From: a virus
Taxonomy: Duplodnaviria; Caudoviricetes
DNA: 64,000 nucleotides
Reading direction: 5' to 3' (one strand)
IMG/VR virus record: IMGVR_UViG_3300028591_000103
Coordinates: 1-64,000 of that record
Shown here: in pieces, positions 1 through 10,400 of the stretch
Layout of the letters: each line of letters starts with the position of its first letter
Position numbering within the stretch: position 1 is the stretch's first letter
Made by a program: the position numbers and the translations under genes
The notes under the pieces: generated by a model
The model's input: the letters and a program-made list of their open reading frames with translations, nothing else
Told to the model about the DNA's origin: nothing
The model's database searches: none

Positions 1-2376
1 GATTTTATCGATACGAACAAGCGTATCGTTATCAATGTTATATACAAATGAGAAATTGCTTGTTGTTGAAATATAAACGTAACTACCACAACCAAAGATA
101 CCATCCGATTCATAGTCTTCTGGTAAATCGAATGTTGTTTCTGTTCCATCAGACATATCGACAACATGCCAATGGTTTACCGCAGTCCCAATATCCATAT
201 ACAACAGATATGACGTGAATTCTTGAATGTGTAAGAATTTTACATTTGAGAACTTCATTACACCATCATTCGGAATATCCGCTTGATTCAGATCCAATAC
301 ATATCCTGTATTATTCACTGGATCAAATGCAGAGAAATATCCATCTTCAGAATGACTCCAATATGTACAATATCCGTCAGGAGAGTATTCTTTATTTGTT
401 GCTCGGAATTTTTCATTCTGCATGAATGGTTGCCCATTGTCTGTTCTGAAATCAAGATCAATGTATGTCGGTGCTTGTGATGAATTTGATATGTCATAAA
501 TTCTGATACATGATATCGGTCCCGGTCCCATACTCCATTTCAATAAATATTTTCCACAAATATATTGATCACGGAGATCGGCCCAATAGTTCGTTCCATC
601 AACCGCAAAGAGGATTGGATATATTGCGGAAATCGTGTTGGTGTTATTATCGATATAGATTAATTTATCCGCAAGAACGACGCAATTATATGTTTCTGAC
701 GTGATGAGCTTTCCTCCAAGATATTTTGCTGCATCAGGCAATGTGATAGGAAATTCTACATTTGCCGTACCATTGTAACTATGAACATCCTGAGCATATT
801 TGAATGTGTAATACTGGTTTACATTTTCACCAGACGTGTTGAATTGTAAATAGTATTTCTTCTTTCCGAGGTTTCTGGAATCATCCGGAATATTGGTGAT
901 GTCAGGAATATCAACATATGTCGTTGGATCCCAGTATTTGTCAGTACAATAAATCTGTTTTGTGTCTGTAGACACAATAGAACTGATTCTCAATGAACCC
1001 GCTTTGTTGTTACAATGGACCATGACGTCACCTTCTGATGATTTAAACTCAAATCCAAATCTTCCCATTTGTCCATAATATGCGTTTGGATAATTATTGT
1101 AATCATCAGCGATATTCCATCCTTTATGACCATTCGCACAGTTATACATATACGATGAGGAAATATTATAATCCAATATCGGTACTTGTCCATTCCATGT
1201 ATTAGAATTCCATGCTACACCACCAAATTGTTTATCGAATTCCAATGATTGACAATCATTTGTATACAGTGTTTGAATGCTCACGGTTTCTGTTCCATTA
1301 TTTGGTAACCACAATTCTTGGAATAAAGCAAAAGGCATTCCCGAATTGTTTATATATCCATAATCATTTTCTACTGATGTGTTTGACGTATACATCATGA
1401 AATGCATTTGTTGTTTTGGATCTGTTCTGATGGAAACATCTCCACTAAACGAACCGTTAGAAACACGTCCACCAATGTTATATAATGCGGTTCGTTTATA
1501 TGTGAATATCGGCTCTTGAGTTGCTGCCATGGTACCATAATACATGATATTTTTACTGACATCATATGTGCCTGTATCAATCGTCGTGCCATATATAACT
1601 TTATTATTGTCTAATCTATGCGTGTTCACCGCCGAACCAATGACCGTGTACACCAAACCAGAATAACCGCTATTGCGATTGTTGGTACTATAACTTCCTA
1701 AACAAGCAACTTTTGCAGGATTAATAATCAGATATTGTTTGCTTGTCCATAGATTACTGATGATGCTTGCTTTCATACCCGCAGCAAAAAAGACATGAAT
1801 CGTCATCTTTTCATTGGTATGTTTTGTGATTCCGAGATTATGATTCTCATCATACACCAACATATGTGCGGTCATAGCATTATTTCCACCATTCACCAGT
1901 GTAAACAAACCAATCTCGTTAATCGTAATATCTTCGGTTATTCCGGAAATATTATAATCAAATACAACATAACCCATATTTCTGTGTTGATAAATAATAT
2001 CCGTATTTGGGTCATATTGACAAGCATATGTTGTTAAATCGGCATATAATGTGCCGGATACATTCAATGGTTCTTCAAGAGCTCGATCAGAAACTGTTGG
2101 TGTTGTTGTACCGCTTCCCAATTGTATGTTTCCAATACAATAAACAGGATATGTATCACTATAACGACTATTAACACCACTCTTGTATATTTCCGACATA
2201 CCGGCATTCGTAATCACGTTTGTTGCATATGCTTCTCCTGTGATATTTCCATCACGATCTTCTGTCTGAATGACATACATATTACAGAAGTCTTTCGGTG
2301 TTAATTGTTTACCAGAAACAGGTTTATTTTCAATGAATCGTTTCAATCCAGGATACATCTCAAAGATTTGATTCAT
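1..2376 (-). CDS. Tail fibre/baseplate-associated structural protein (partial, >=792 aa, runs off left edge; absent from ORF track)
   Basis: AAGGAGTG RBS before ATG at 2376. Manual translation MNQIFEMYPG... appears open to position 1. N-terminal NVITNAG...LGSGTTTPTVSD...INEIGLF resembles tail-collar/fibre attachment domains. Confidence 0.75.
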   Translation of the reverse strand, partial: MNQIFEMYPGLKRFIENKPVSGKQLTPKDFCNMYVIQTEDRDGNITGEAYATNVITNAGMSEIYKSGVNSRYSDTYPVYCIGNIQLGSGTTTPTVSDRALEEPLNVSGTLYADLTTYACQYDPNTDIIYQHRNMGYVVFDYNISGITEDITINEIGLFTLVNGGNNAMTAHMLVYDENHNLGITKHTNEKMTIHVFFAAGMKASIISNLWTSKQYLIINPAKVACLGSYSTNNRNSGYSGLVYTVIGSAVNTHRLDNNKVIYGTTIDTGTYDVSKNIMYYGTMAATQEPIFTYKRTALYNIGGRVSNGSFSGDVSIRTDPKQQMHFMMYTSNTSVENDYGYINNSGMPFALFQELWLPNNGTETVSIQTLYTNDCQSLEFDKQFGGVAWNSNTWNGQVPILDYNISSSYMYNCANGHKGWNIADDYNNYPNAYYGQMGRFGFEFKSSEGDVMVHCNNKAGSLRISSIVSTDTKQIYCTDKYWDPTTYVDIPDITNIPDDSRNLGKKKYYLQFNTSGENVNQYYTFKYAQDVHSYNGTANVEFPITLPDAAKYLGGKLITSETYNCVVLADKLIYIDNNTNTISAIYPILFAVDGTNYWADLRDQYICGKYLLKWSMGPGPISCIRIYDISNSSQAPTYIDLDFRTDNGQPFMQNEKFRATNKEYSPDGYCTYWSHSEDGYFSAFDPVNNTGYVLDLNQADIPNDGVMKFSNVKFLHIQEFTSYLLYMDIGTAVNHWHVVDMSDGTETTFDLPEDYESDGIFGCGSYVYISTTSNFSFVYNIDNDTLVRIDKI

Positions 2377-2395
2377 TTTATTCACTCCTTTCAAA

Positions 2396-2908
2396 TTAAT
2401 GGTCATCCGTAATCGTAGGTCCGTTACTGGTGAAATTTTGTAGCGTGATCAACGGTTCGTTATTGGTGTAATTTGGTAGATCTTCATATAATACCAATGT
2501 AGAATCGTCGAATTCAAATTCGACGATATTGATATTATGATCTTCATCGAGATCATGTTCAATCGTTGTAAAGTTTACCAATACCGGATCACTGAAACCG
2601 AATTCAACAATATTGATATTGTGATCCGGTTCAAAATCTTTTTCAGTAGTCGTATAATTGACCACTGAGAAATCCCCAAACTCGAACCCTAAGATGTTTA
2701 TATTGTGATCCTCAACATTCTTTTCAGATACAGTATAATCAGCAATAGTTCCTGTTGAATCCCATTGTGTCAATGTAACGACATGATCAATATACCAAGC
2801 TTTTAACCATTCACCAGATACATATAATCCTCGGACAGGTTTAATTTGATATCCAGCTTGTGGGTGTAATGTTTTATAAAACTCTATGGTTTTTCGCAAT
2901 TTTGACAT
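2396..2908 (-). CDS. Hypothetical virion protein with three ~28-aa repeats
   Basis: 170 aa; AAGGTGA RBS; DHNINI(L/V)xFxFxD repeat three times. Confidence 0.75.
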   Translation of the reverse strand: MSKLRKTIEFYKTLHPQAGYQIKPVRGLYVSGEWLKAWYIDHVVTLTQWDSTGTIADYTVSEKNVEDHNINILGFEFGDFSVVNYTTTEKDFEPDHNINIVEFGFSDPVLVNFTTIEHDLDEDHNINIVEFEFDDSTLVLYEDLPNYTNNEPLITLQNFTSNGPTITDDH

Positions 2909-2940
2909 ATGCTATTCACCTTCTTTCATATAGCAAATGT

Positions 2941-2952
2941 TACTCATCCGTT
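2941..2952 (-). promoter_or_regulatory. Candidate late promoter AACG-N6-TA
   Basis: AACG GATGAG TA upstream of the gene starting at 2908; resembles the AR9 late consensus AACA-N6-TA. Confidence 0.45.
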
Positions 2953-2975
2953 TTCTTTTTCATAAAAATGGTATA

Positions 2976-2990
2976 TATATAATTAATATG
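2976..2990 (+). promoter_or_regulatory. Candidate phage promoter TATATA-N-TT-N3-ATG
   Basis: Same motif at 18254, 19283 and 63244 (-). Confidence 0.55.
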
Positions 2991-3204
2991 ATATCAGATC
3001 AAATGTGCTTTGTGGCAACTCGTTGTCTAATCCGAGTCCACATGTGTCTCCTCACAAATCCCTTGCATTCGGGTATTGTGTAGCACAAGATTGCTGAGAT
3101 CTGGTATCATATTCACGCAGGATGAGGTCATCAATCACGACAGAATGAAATTATCGAACGGATAATGGAATGATGTTATGGTTGTGACCTTCATCCTTTT
3201 TTTT
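2988..3204 (+). ncRNA. Candidate structured ncRNA (~217 nt), family unknown
   Basis: 13-bp closing stem 2988-3000/3098-3110 with internal helices, then a long hairpin 3119-3197 and a T8 tract; promoter motif directly upstream. Confidence 0.6.
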
Positions 3205-3216
3205 GATTAAAATGAG

Positions 3217-3241
3217 AATGGGGCGCAATGCGCCCCATTCC
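3217..3241 (-). terminator. Intrinsic terminator
   Basis: gaatggggcgc aat gcgccccattc, immediately after the baseplate gene stop. Confidence 0.8.
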
Positions 3242-3243
3242 AC

Positions 3244-6200
3244 TTACAGAATTTCGATCACGATATTGGCATCATCCAATACAAACATTTCCGGAACATA
3301 TCTCTCTAATTCTTTTCGAGGCATATCTTCCAATGTATCCCATTTCTGAACAATCGCTTGATAATCTGCATTCATGTAATTTCCACCCTTAACAGATTTC
3401 TCGTTGGTATACCATCCTTTGAATTTCAGGTAAGCAACATTTGAATGCTCTTCAAGTAATTTGATCAATTGGGAAATGTAGATATTATTGTCCATAGAAA
3501 TTGTATCCAATGGCGTATGGACTGTTGTCAAACGATTGAAGTATGATTTGATAATAGAACGGAGTTCGTTCAATGTATTTGTACGCAACGCAGGATTGTA
3601 CAATTTCACAGCAAACTCGATCTGTACATTCAAATCCGGCCAGAATGTATCCGTCTTCAGATTCTTATCAATGTCTGATACATAAGAATGTGGAAGACCA
3701 TATGTCGCAATTAATTTACAATCCAGATAGTTATTTCCTTCCAGACGTTTGAAGATGACTGGTTCGATTGCTTTGTGAACCTGTGTAAATGCAGACACAA
3801 ATGACTCAAAGAAATCAGATGTCATCAATGTGGATTGAATGAATGGAACCAGTTGAATTTCAATTCCACTATTGACGGATGTCCCTGCAAAACACTCATC
3901 GATCTGACCAGGATAATTCACAATCATATCATACAACGTTTCCCAGTTGACATCACCTTGATATGCCGTCTTGGAAACAATATTCAATTCTTGTGTAAAT
4001 GATTGAACCCATTCTGTATTGAAATCTGGAACATCATCTTGACCGGAATATTGTGAAATCAATGCTAAGAGAATATTGAATTCTGATGATGCTATGATCT
4101 TAATATCATCAAACTTCAATCCAGATTCATCTGTCGTTCCCGTGATGATATGATATGCATACTCTTTTATTGTATACAGATTTCTGACAGCTGGATCAAA
4201 TTTGATCAAATCCATCAATTGATCGTATACATAAATTTGTGTATCCGACGGTTCAACATATTCACCAAAGTCAACGACGCTTCTCATTTCTTTCAATTCT
4301 TGAACGAGTGATATGTCATCAACTTTCCATTGGTCTTGCATACGATATCCAACATAATTTTCTTCATCCTCAAATGATGATTGATGGAATATGTCTTCGG
4401 CAAATACTGGTGAATCTGATTTGAACAGAATCTGAATAATGAATTCTGGCTCCGTTGCATCAACACTGACAGTGCCATTTGGTATTGCAGGAACCCATGA
4501 GCCACCACCATTGTTGATAGAAGCAATATGGATACGATTATCCACATCCACCAGTTTATTCAGCGGATACATATTTGCTTCAAAGCGGATAGAACCATCT
4601 GATTCAATCTGTACAGGTTGCATTTCAACGCGTCCAGTTGACATACCATTCATACGGGATTCCAATACAACACGCAGCATATTTTCATCCAACGGAAGTT
4701 TATCCGATTCCAGATAGAAAATTGCTTCGCCGTTGTTGTCTCCCTGGAATAATGACAAAGGCATGCGATAATATGCAACTGCAGAATCCGATGCAGTCGG
4801 TTTCATATCTGCATACAGAATGATTCCATTATTGCCAACATCATCCAGATTGAAGAGGAACGTTCCATCCGGCTGTTCAACGGGTTCGTATGGTGTGTAA
4901 ACATTTGCAGCATTGAAAATCTTGTATGTAATGAATTCGCCATTATCCAAATAGATATTAAAGATAACGGGAGAATCATAACTTCTTCCAATACGATACA
5001 ACTTTGTTTCACCATATTTTGTCAGAGTCGTTTCGAATGCTTCATATGTGATCATATGCGTAATGCGAGTTGCTGTTTCTTCATTCAATCGCATCTCGTA
5101 ATAACTCTGCATTTCTCTTCTTCCGAATTTAAATGGGGAATCATCTGGTAATGCTGGGAACAGTGTGATGTCCGTGTCACCAGACACTTTTACTTCATAT
5201 CCATTCCATTTACCTTCATTACCCCATACATCATCCGAACCAAAGATGCTTTCGAATCCGGTAATCGGCAACATGACAGTCTTGTAGTCACCGGTTTCAG
5301 GATCAATGTTTGTATGATCTTCAATCCACAAATCCGTCAGAATCCATTTATTTGCACCAACCTGATTTCTAGTTCTAACGCACAGATATGTTTCTTCTGG
5401 ATTGAATGGGAGATATTGATCATCTTCGTTCAAGACAAGAATCGGAATCTGCCTGTTATACAAATCAGATGGTTTGTGGAAATAATTCCACATGACTTCT
5501 GGGAATTTCGGCGGCTCGATATTTGAACGAAGATACTTTACAAAATCAGATCCACCTAACGATTGATTGCTCTGGTTTGGAATAATAACTGTTGACAGGA
5601 CATAATAATCATCCTTGTATGTTCGTTTGATTTGAACATATGCCGGAGTACCATGATAGATGCGAGCAGAATCACGGTATACATCCTGATTATTTTCGTA
5701 TTCAAATTTTGCAGGTATCAATGAAGCGGTTGTCGTTTCATTAATCCATGGATTGAAGTATCCAATTGCAAATGGATCTTTCTGAATTCGAATACCGAAT
5801 GGATTTGCAAATAAATATTTTGCATCAACATTCACAGCAGTCTCCGCAGTTTCAACTTGATCAGAAGCAATCACAACCAACGGCTTTACGGTATATCGAT
5901 TCGCTTCCGGGTTATTATAGATCCAGGCCCAACCAGGAGGAATAATGATTTCATTTTTTGAAATGATATTGTCATTATTCTTGAACAGAATTCGATACGG
6001 GATCGTTGCATGTAATGTATTCGTGCGGAACACATCACCATTATCATCTGTCAATGCCAAGAATCCACTCCAGATTCTTCCCCATGGATCATCACGACGT
6101 TTGAAGAAGAATGGATAAAGAATTCTTTTGAAGAAGAATGTCTTGAACCATTCATAGATGTCATGGTCGGATGAAATCACATTCGCCGTATTGTATGCTT

Positions 6201-7275
6201 CAATGGTTTCTCGACGCGTCGTTTCTATGGTACCGATGTTTGTTCCGGCCATACTTCCAGACATAATAAATGCTGTCTTCTGGACATTTCCGTTATTGGA
6301 GTATTTGTTCGTTGAAGTAATGATCGAAACGGATTCGTCTGTCTTGAATGCGGAGAAATTCGCTGCTTCACCATGACATGTATACACAGTGATTTCAAAT
6401 GATGAATTCATTTGTGGAACAAAGTATCTGTTACCATTTCTCTGGAATACAAATCTGATTGTATTTGGAGAATCCATGATGTAATGTACATATGCTCCTT
6501 GATCCTTTACATCAGAATGCATTGGGAGAATATGATCTCTATCCAGATATTGTGAATTTCCAACACCGTCAATATATTTTACCTCGAATCCGGCAATATG
6601 ATTCTGGCATGTGATAACAGCGTCTGCATTCGGAATACCGTTTGTCATATTATTCACGACGATATGTTTCTGGCGTGTATATTCAGACATCTTCACAAAC
6701 AGGTGCAACCATGTACTGGATGTGCGATACAAAATATACGGATTCTTATTGACCGCAATGAAATTATGCTCATCCATATTTGTATACTGAACATTCCATG
6801 TTGGGTTATCTGTATCTGTGAATTGAATCAATACATCATAATCTAAAGAATAAACGCTGCCATTCTTCAGATTAATTTTCGTATCTTTATCCAGAATGAA
6901 TTCCATCAGATTGTTATCCGGATTTTCCACAGCATTCTTTTTGATATCATCTATCTTCAATTCAAGCATGAAGTTACATGCTGATGGTGTTGCAAAAGAA
7001 TATCCGAGATTGAATATTGCTGCTTCAGCATAAATTGAATCAGATAGTGCTGCTTTTGTGATGAATGATTCATTCAAATAAAATGAAGATGTGAATGCAA
7101 GATTTTCAATGACTTGTGACATGTATTCGCTTACAACAGAAAAGAATCCGCTATTCAATACATTGATCGGAATATCATGGAATACTCGCGGCATCAATAC
7201 GTCAGAAATATACGCTTTGATTTGTGAGTCATCCGAATAGTTATTCAGAATGACATTTGTATCATTTGACGCCAT
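3244..7275 (-). CDS. Baseplate wedge protein (T4 gp6/baseplate J-like)
   Basis: 1343 aa; ESFITKAALSDSIYAEAAIFNLGYSFATPS and GTNIGTIETTRRETIEAYNTANVISSDHD match gp6/J-type motifs; AAGGAGG RBS. Confidence 0.8.
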   Translation of the reverse strand: MASNDTNVILNNYSDDSQIKAYISDVLMPRVFHDIPINVLNSGFFSVVSEYMSQVIENLAFTSSFYLNESFITKAALSDSIYAEAAIFNLGYSFATPSACNFMLELKIDDIKKNAVENPDNNLMEFILDKDTKINLKNGSVYSLDYDVLIQFTDTDNPTWNVQYTNMDEHNFIAVNKNPYILYRTSSTWLHLFVKMSEYTRQKHIVVNNMTNGIPNADAVITCQNHIAGFEVKYIDGVGNSQYLDRDHILPMHSDVKDQGAYVHYIMDSPNTIRFVFQRNGNRYFVPQMNSSFEITVYTCHGEAANFSAFKTDESVSIITSTNKYSNNGNVQKTAFIMSGSMAGTNIGTIETTRRETIEAYNTANVISSDHDIYEWFKTFFFKRILYPFFFKRRDDPWGRIWSGFLALTDDNGDVFRTNTLHATIPYRILFKNNDNIISKNEIIIPPGWAWIYNNPEANRYTVKPLVVIASDQVETAETAVNVDAKYLFANPFGIRIQKDPFAIGYFNPWINETTTASLIPAKFEYENNQDVYRDSARIYHGTPAYVQIKRTYKDDYYVLSTVIIPNQSNQSLGGSDFVKYLRSNIEPPKFPEVMWNYFHKPSDLYNRQIPILVLNEDDQYLPFNPEETYLCVRTRNQVGANKWILTDLWIEDHTNIDPETGDYKTVMLPITGFESIFGSDDVWGNEGKWNGYEVKVSGDTDITLFPALPDDSPFKFGRREMQSYYEMRLNEETATRITHMITYEAFETTLTKYGETKLYRIGRSYDSPVIFNIYLDNGEFITYKIFNAANVYTPYEPVEQPDGTFLFNLDDVGNNGIILYADMKPTASDSAVAYYRMPLSLFQGDNNGEAIFYLESDKLPLDENMLRVVLESRMNGMSTGRVEMQPVQIESDGSIRFEANMYPLNKLVDVDNRIHIASINNGGGSWVPAIPNGTVSVDATEPEFIIQILFKSDSPVFAEDIFHQSSFEDEENYVGYRMQDQWKVDDISLVQELKEMRSVVDFGEYVEPSDTQIYVYDQLMDLIKFDPAVRNLYTIKEYAYHIITGTTDESGLKFDDIKIIASSEFNILLALISQYSGQDDVPDFNTEWVQSFTQELNIVSKTAYQGDVNWETLYDMIVNYPGQIDECFAGTSVNSGIEIQLVPFIQSTLMTSDFFESFVSAFTQVHKAIEPVIFKRLEGNNYLDCKLIATYGLPHSYVSDIDKNLKTDTFWPDLNVQIEFAVKLYNPALRTNTLNELRSIIKSYFNRLTTVHTPLDTISMDNNIYISQLIKLLEEHSNVAYLKFKGWYTNEKSVKGGNYMNADYQAIVQKWDTLEDMPRKELERYVPEMFVLDDANIVIEIL

Positions 7276-7298
7276 ATAATGACCTCCTTATTTTAATT

Positions 7299-7327
7299 TG
7301 AACAATGGGTTGAAAAACCCAAATGTA
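7299..7327. promoter_or_regulatory. Back-to-back candidate late promoters
   Basis: AACC CAAATG TA on + (7316-7327) and AACC CATTGT TC on - between divergent structural genes. Confidence 0.4.
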
Positions 7328-7421
7328 ATGTTCTGCACCTAATATATAGGTGTTCAGAATCATTACATCAACGTTTTATCTGTTGATGTACTATTTATAT
7401 ATTATGGAAGGAGCAAATAAC

Positions 7422-10400
7422 ATGAGCATGGATAATGTCCAATTGAAGCAGGAAGATATGCTGAATAATGATGTAGTGTTATCAGACATCAATCCTGTGA
7501 CGAATACTGCTTCCGTTGATGACTCTGCGACAGGTGAAAAACTCCAAACAACAATTGAGCTGATTTGGAATGCCATCAATAATAAATTGACACGTGTCGT
7601 AAATTCTGTGAATGGCAGAACCGGTGTTGTCATTCTGACATCTGAAGATGTTGGTCTCGGTAATGTCGACAACGTTTCGTTCACGGATATCAAACAATGG
7701 TTGATTGAAAGACTGGAACAAGCGTTCCGTGATAAGAAACTTTATCTGTTTAATACAATGGATGAAGTCAATGCAATTGTTGATCTGAATGATGAATCAT
7801 ATGCGTGGGCACCATTCTTTGTAGAAGCGCGTGATGGAAGATTAGGAGATGATCAGAAATCATGCATCGGTTTATTCACATGGGATACAACATCATCTCA
7901 ATTGAGCAAAGAATACATGGAAATCAATACGATTGGTTTTGGTGTATCTCAAGATGTAGGAGGAAGTCCGAGTATCATTTATGACCAGCAGGTTGATAAG
8001 AATGGTACCATTATCGATATGCGTGGTGGTGGTATTGCTGTCAACATTCATAAAGATGAAGATGCATTATATATCGATGATTCCGGTATGACCAAATCTT
8101 CTCAGGGTCTCCGTATCGATAAATCAAAAGTCACCCCAAGAACATTCCTCATCGATGGTGTATATGGTTATAATGAAACATATAAATGGGTAAAAGTTAT
8201 CGAAGGATACTTCAATCCAATTGATTCCCTTTTTTATAAAGAATATGATAAAAAGAAGGCTCAATACTCGGGCGTGTATGAAAACGGCGATCCGAATGCT
8301 ATATATCGAGATAAACGTAAACACACAGACGATTATCCAGATTTCGAACCGAACAAATATTATGCTTCTGAACAGGATGTGATAATTAACGAACCCTTTA
8401 CAACAGAACCGTTTGACTGGCGAGAAAATTACATGGATTATTATGAGATTGGAACAGATCCATCAAGTCCAACTTATAATCAGATATACCATGTACCTCC
8501 TGTTGGAGAAGTATATGCATATGGTTATAAGTATAATGAGAGCACTAATCCACCACGTTGGTCTTTCTATAGACAAATATCATATGATTCGTTATATGGT
8601 GAATGGAAAGGCGAACAAATGGCTGATTCTTTTCTTACATGGAATGCGCCAAGATTAACCGATCCGTTATGTGAAATTATAATCGATGGAAGGGTATTTC
8701 CTGAAGCACATATAAACAGAGACTGGATCAATGCACATGATGAATTCCGTAAAAACGATATCATTATTTGTGTATTTTCATATGATAAATATGTTAATGA
8801 ACAAGCATTATTTGGTGGAATCGCAGGATGGGTTGCTGAACATCCTTTGAATAATTTCGTTCCATACGGCATGAACTGGGAATACATGTCTCTTCAACCT
8901 GCTGTGGGTACTGTTACACAAATTCCGGTAAATGATGATCCGGCGATTCATTACCGGATAGAATTTAAATCATTGCGGACAAATATTGATGGGTATGGTG
9001 TAAAATATATACCAAATCATCAATCAGTATATGATAATCCTGCTGATGTAAACTCTTTTAAAGAAGCAACAAGCCAACTTAGTATAGACGTGACAACATC
9101 GCAAACAGATGATGAAACAAGCTTTACCGGTTATGGTAGTAGAAACGTGAGTGGTGTTCAAACAATGTCTAGCGTATTTTCTCCATTGAACGGAGTTCAT
9201 CCAGACACTGCGGATAATCCAATCAATCTGAACTCTCACACATTTAGTTTGTCAGGAGCGGATAGAGTACGTGATGCAAGAGGTGGTTTGTTTGTATCCA
9301 CAGACGGATCTATTGCGAATTTCGCTGAAGAATGCTATTCACCAAATAAAGGTAGAGACGGCTGTGAAGCATTTCCAACTTATTATGATCCATTTGCAGA
9401 AAAAATAGTGAATCAACCTGGTTATATCGGACATGATAAATATCTGGGTTCAACTTCTGTTCATAATTTTTCATGGTCATCGGTATCTTCGTCTGGTGGC
9501 AATTTCCGGTATCCTAATATTGCTGAATATGGATACGGAACGAGATTTCAAAATATGTGGTCTCGATTAACGGTCAATTTGAATAAGATCGTAGGGCATT
9601 CTCAATTAAACGCTGCTATTCCCGAAGATGAGGGCGGTCCTACAGTCACTGATATCACCAAAAATCACTTTAGGATTCGTTTTTATAATGCAGCTGGTCT
9701 CAAGTTTATACCAGTTAATTCTGCCACTGCAACGAGCACAATCAAAGATCACTTAATTACATCGGCAGAATTAAAGTCATTTGGTATGAATGATGGCCTT
9801 GATGCATATGGAAATGACCGAATGATTTTTATCAGAAAAGAATCCGGTGGTCTTTCCGTCAATGTTGGCCGATTCTTGGAGATCAATCCTGTTGTCACAT
9901 ACTCCGCGGAAGAGTATAATGATGGAGGAAAAGTAAACGTTCGTATCGGAAAAGGTTTGAAAGAGGATGTTTACTACAAGGCCGTGAAATTTGACACGTA
10001 TGAGTATCCAAACGCTTACGATGTTAGCGAAAAAGAATGGGAAGATGATTATGATAATTTTGCTTATCGTGATACATTGGATCCGTTAGATCCAGAAAAG
10101 ATTGTCGATCTCACAACTGACTGGGTTTCTTTCACGCGAGCAGATCAGAAACCAGACGATTGGGATACGGAATGGTGGAAATATTGGTTTAACCCATATC
10201 CATCAGAAAGTTCGATGTTAACAGACCCATATCGAGCTAGTTGGTTCCGTATACCTAAAAACAATCCTCCAGAATTCGTAGCGGGTACATACTATGAAAA
10301 GGTACATGATGCATCTCTGGATATTGATGTGTATAATCCATTGACCAAACAACCATATGACTGGGAGACTCGGTGTAATAATTATTATGTAAGCGATTCT

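Noticed and set aside
283-2304. Numerous 60-80 aa ORFs at the left edge (and at 63415-63932)
   Set aside because: They lie within larger edge-truncated genes that the ORF track missed.
7350-7421. Longer starts in the ORF track (also 12544, 19811, 20334, 29917, 44416, 55325, 59329)
   Set aside because: Downstream starts have clear Shine-Dalgarno sequences and avoid overlaps.
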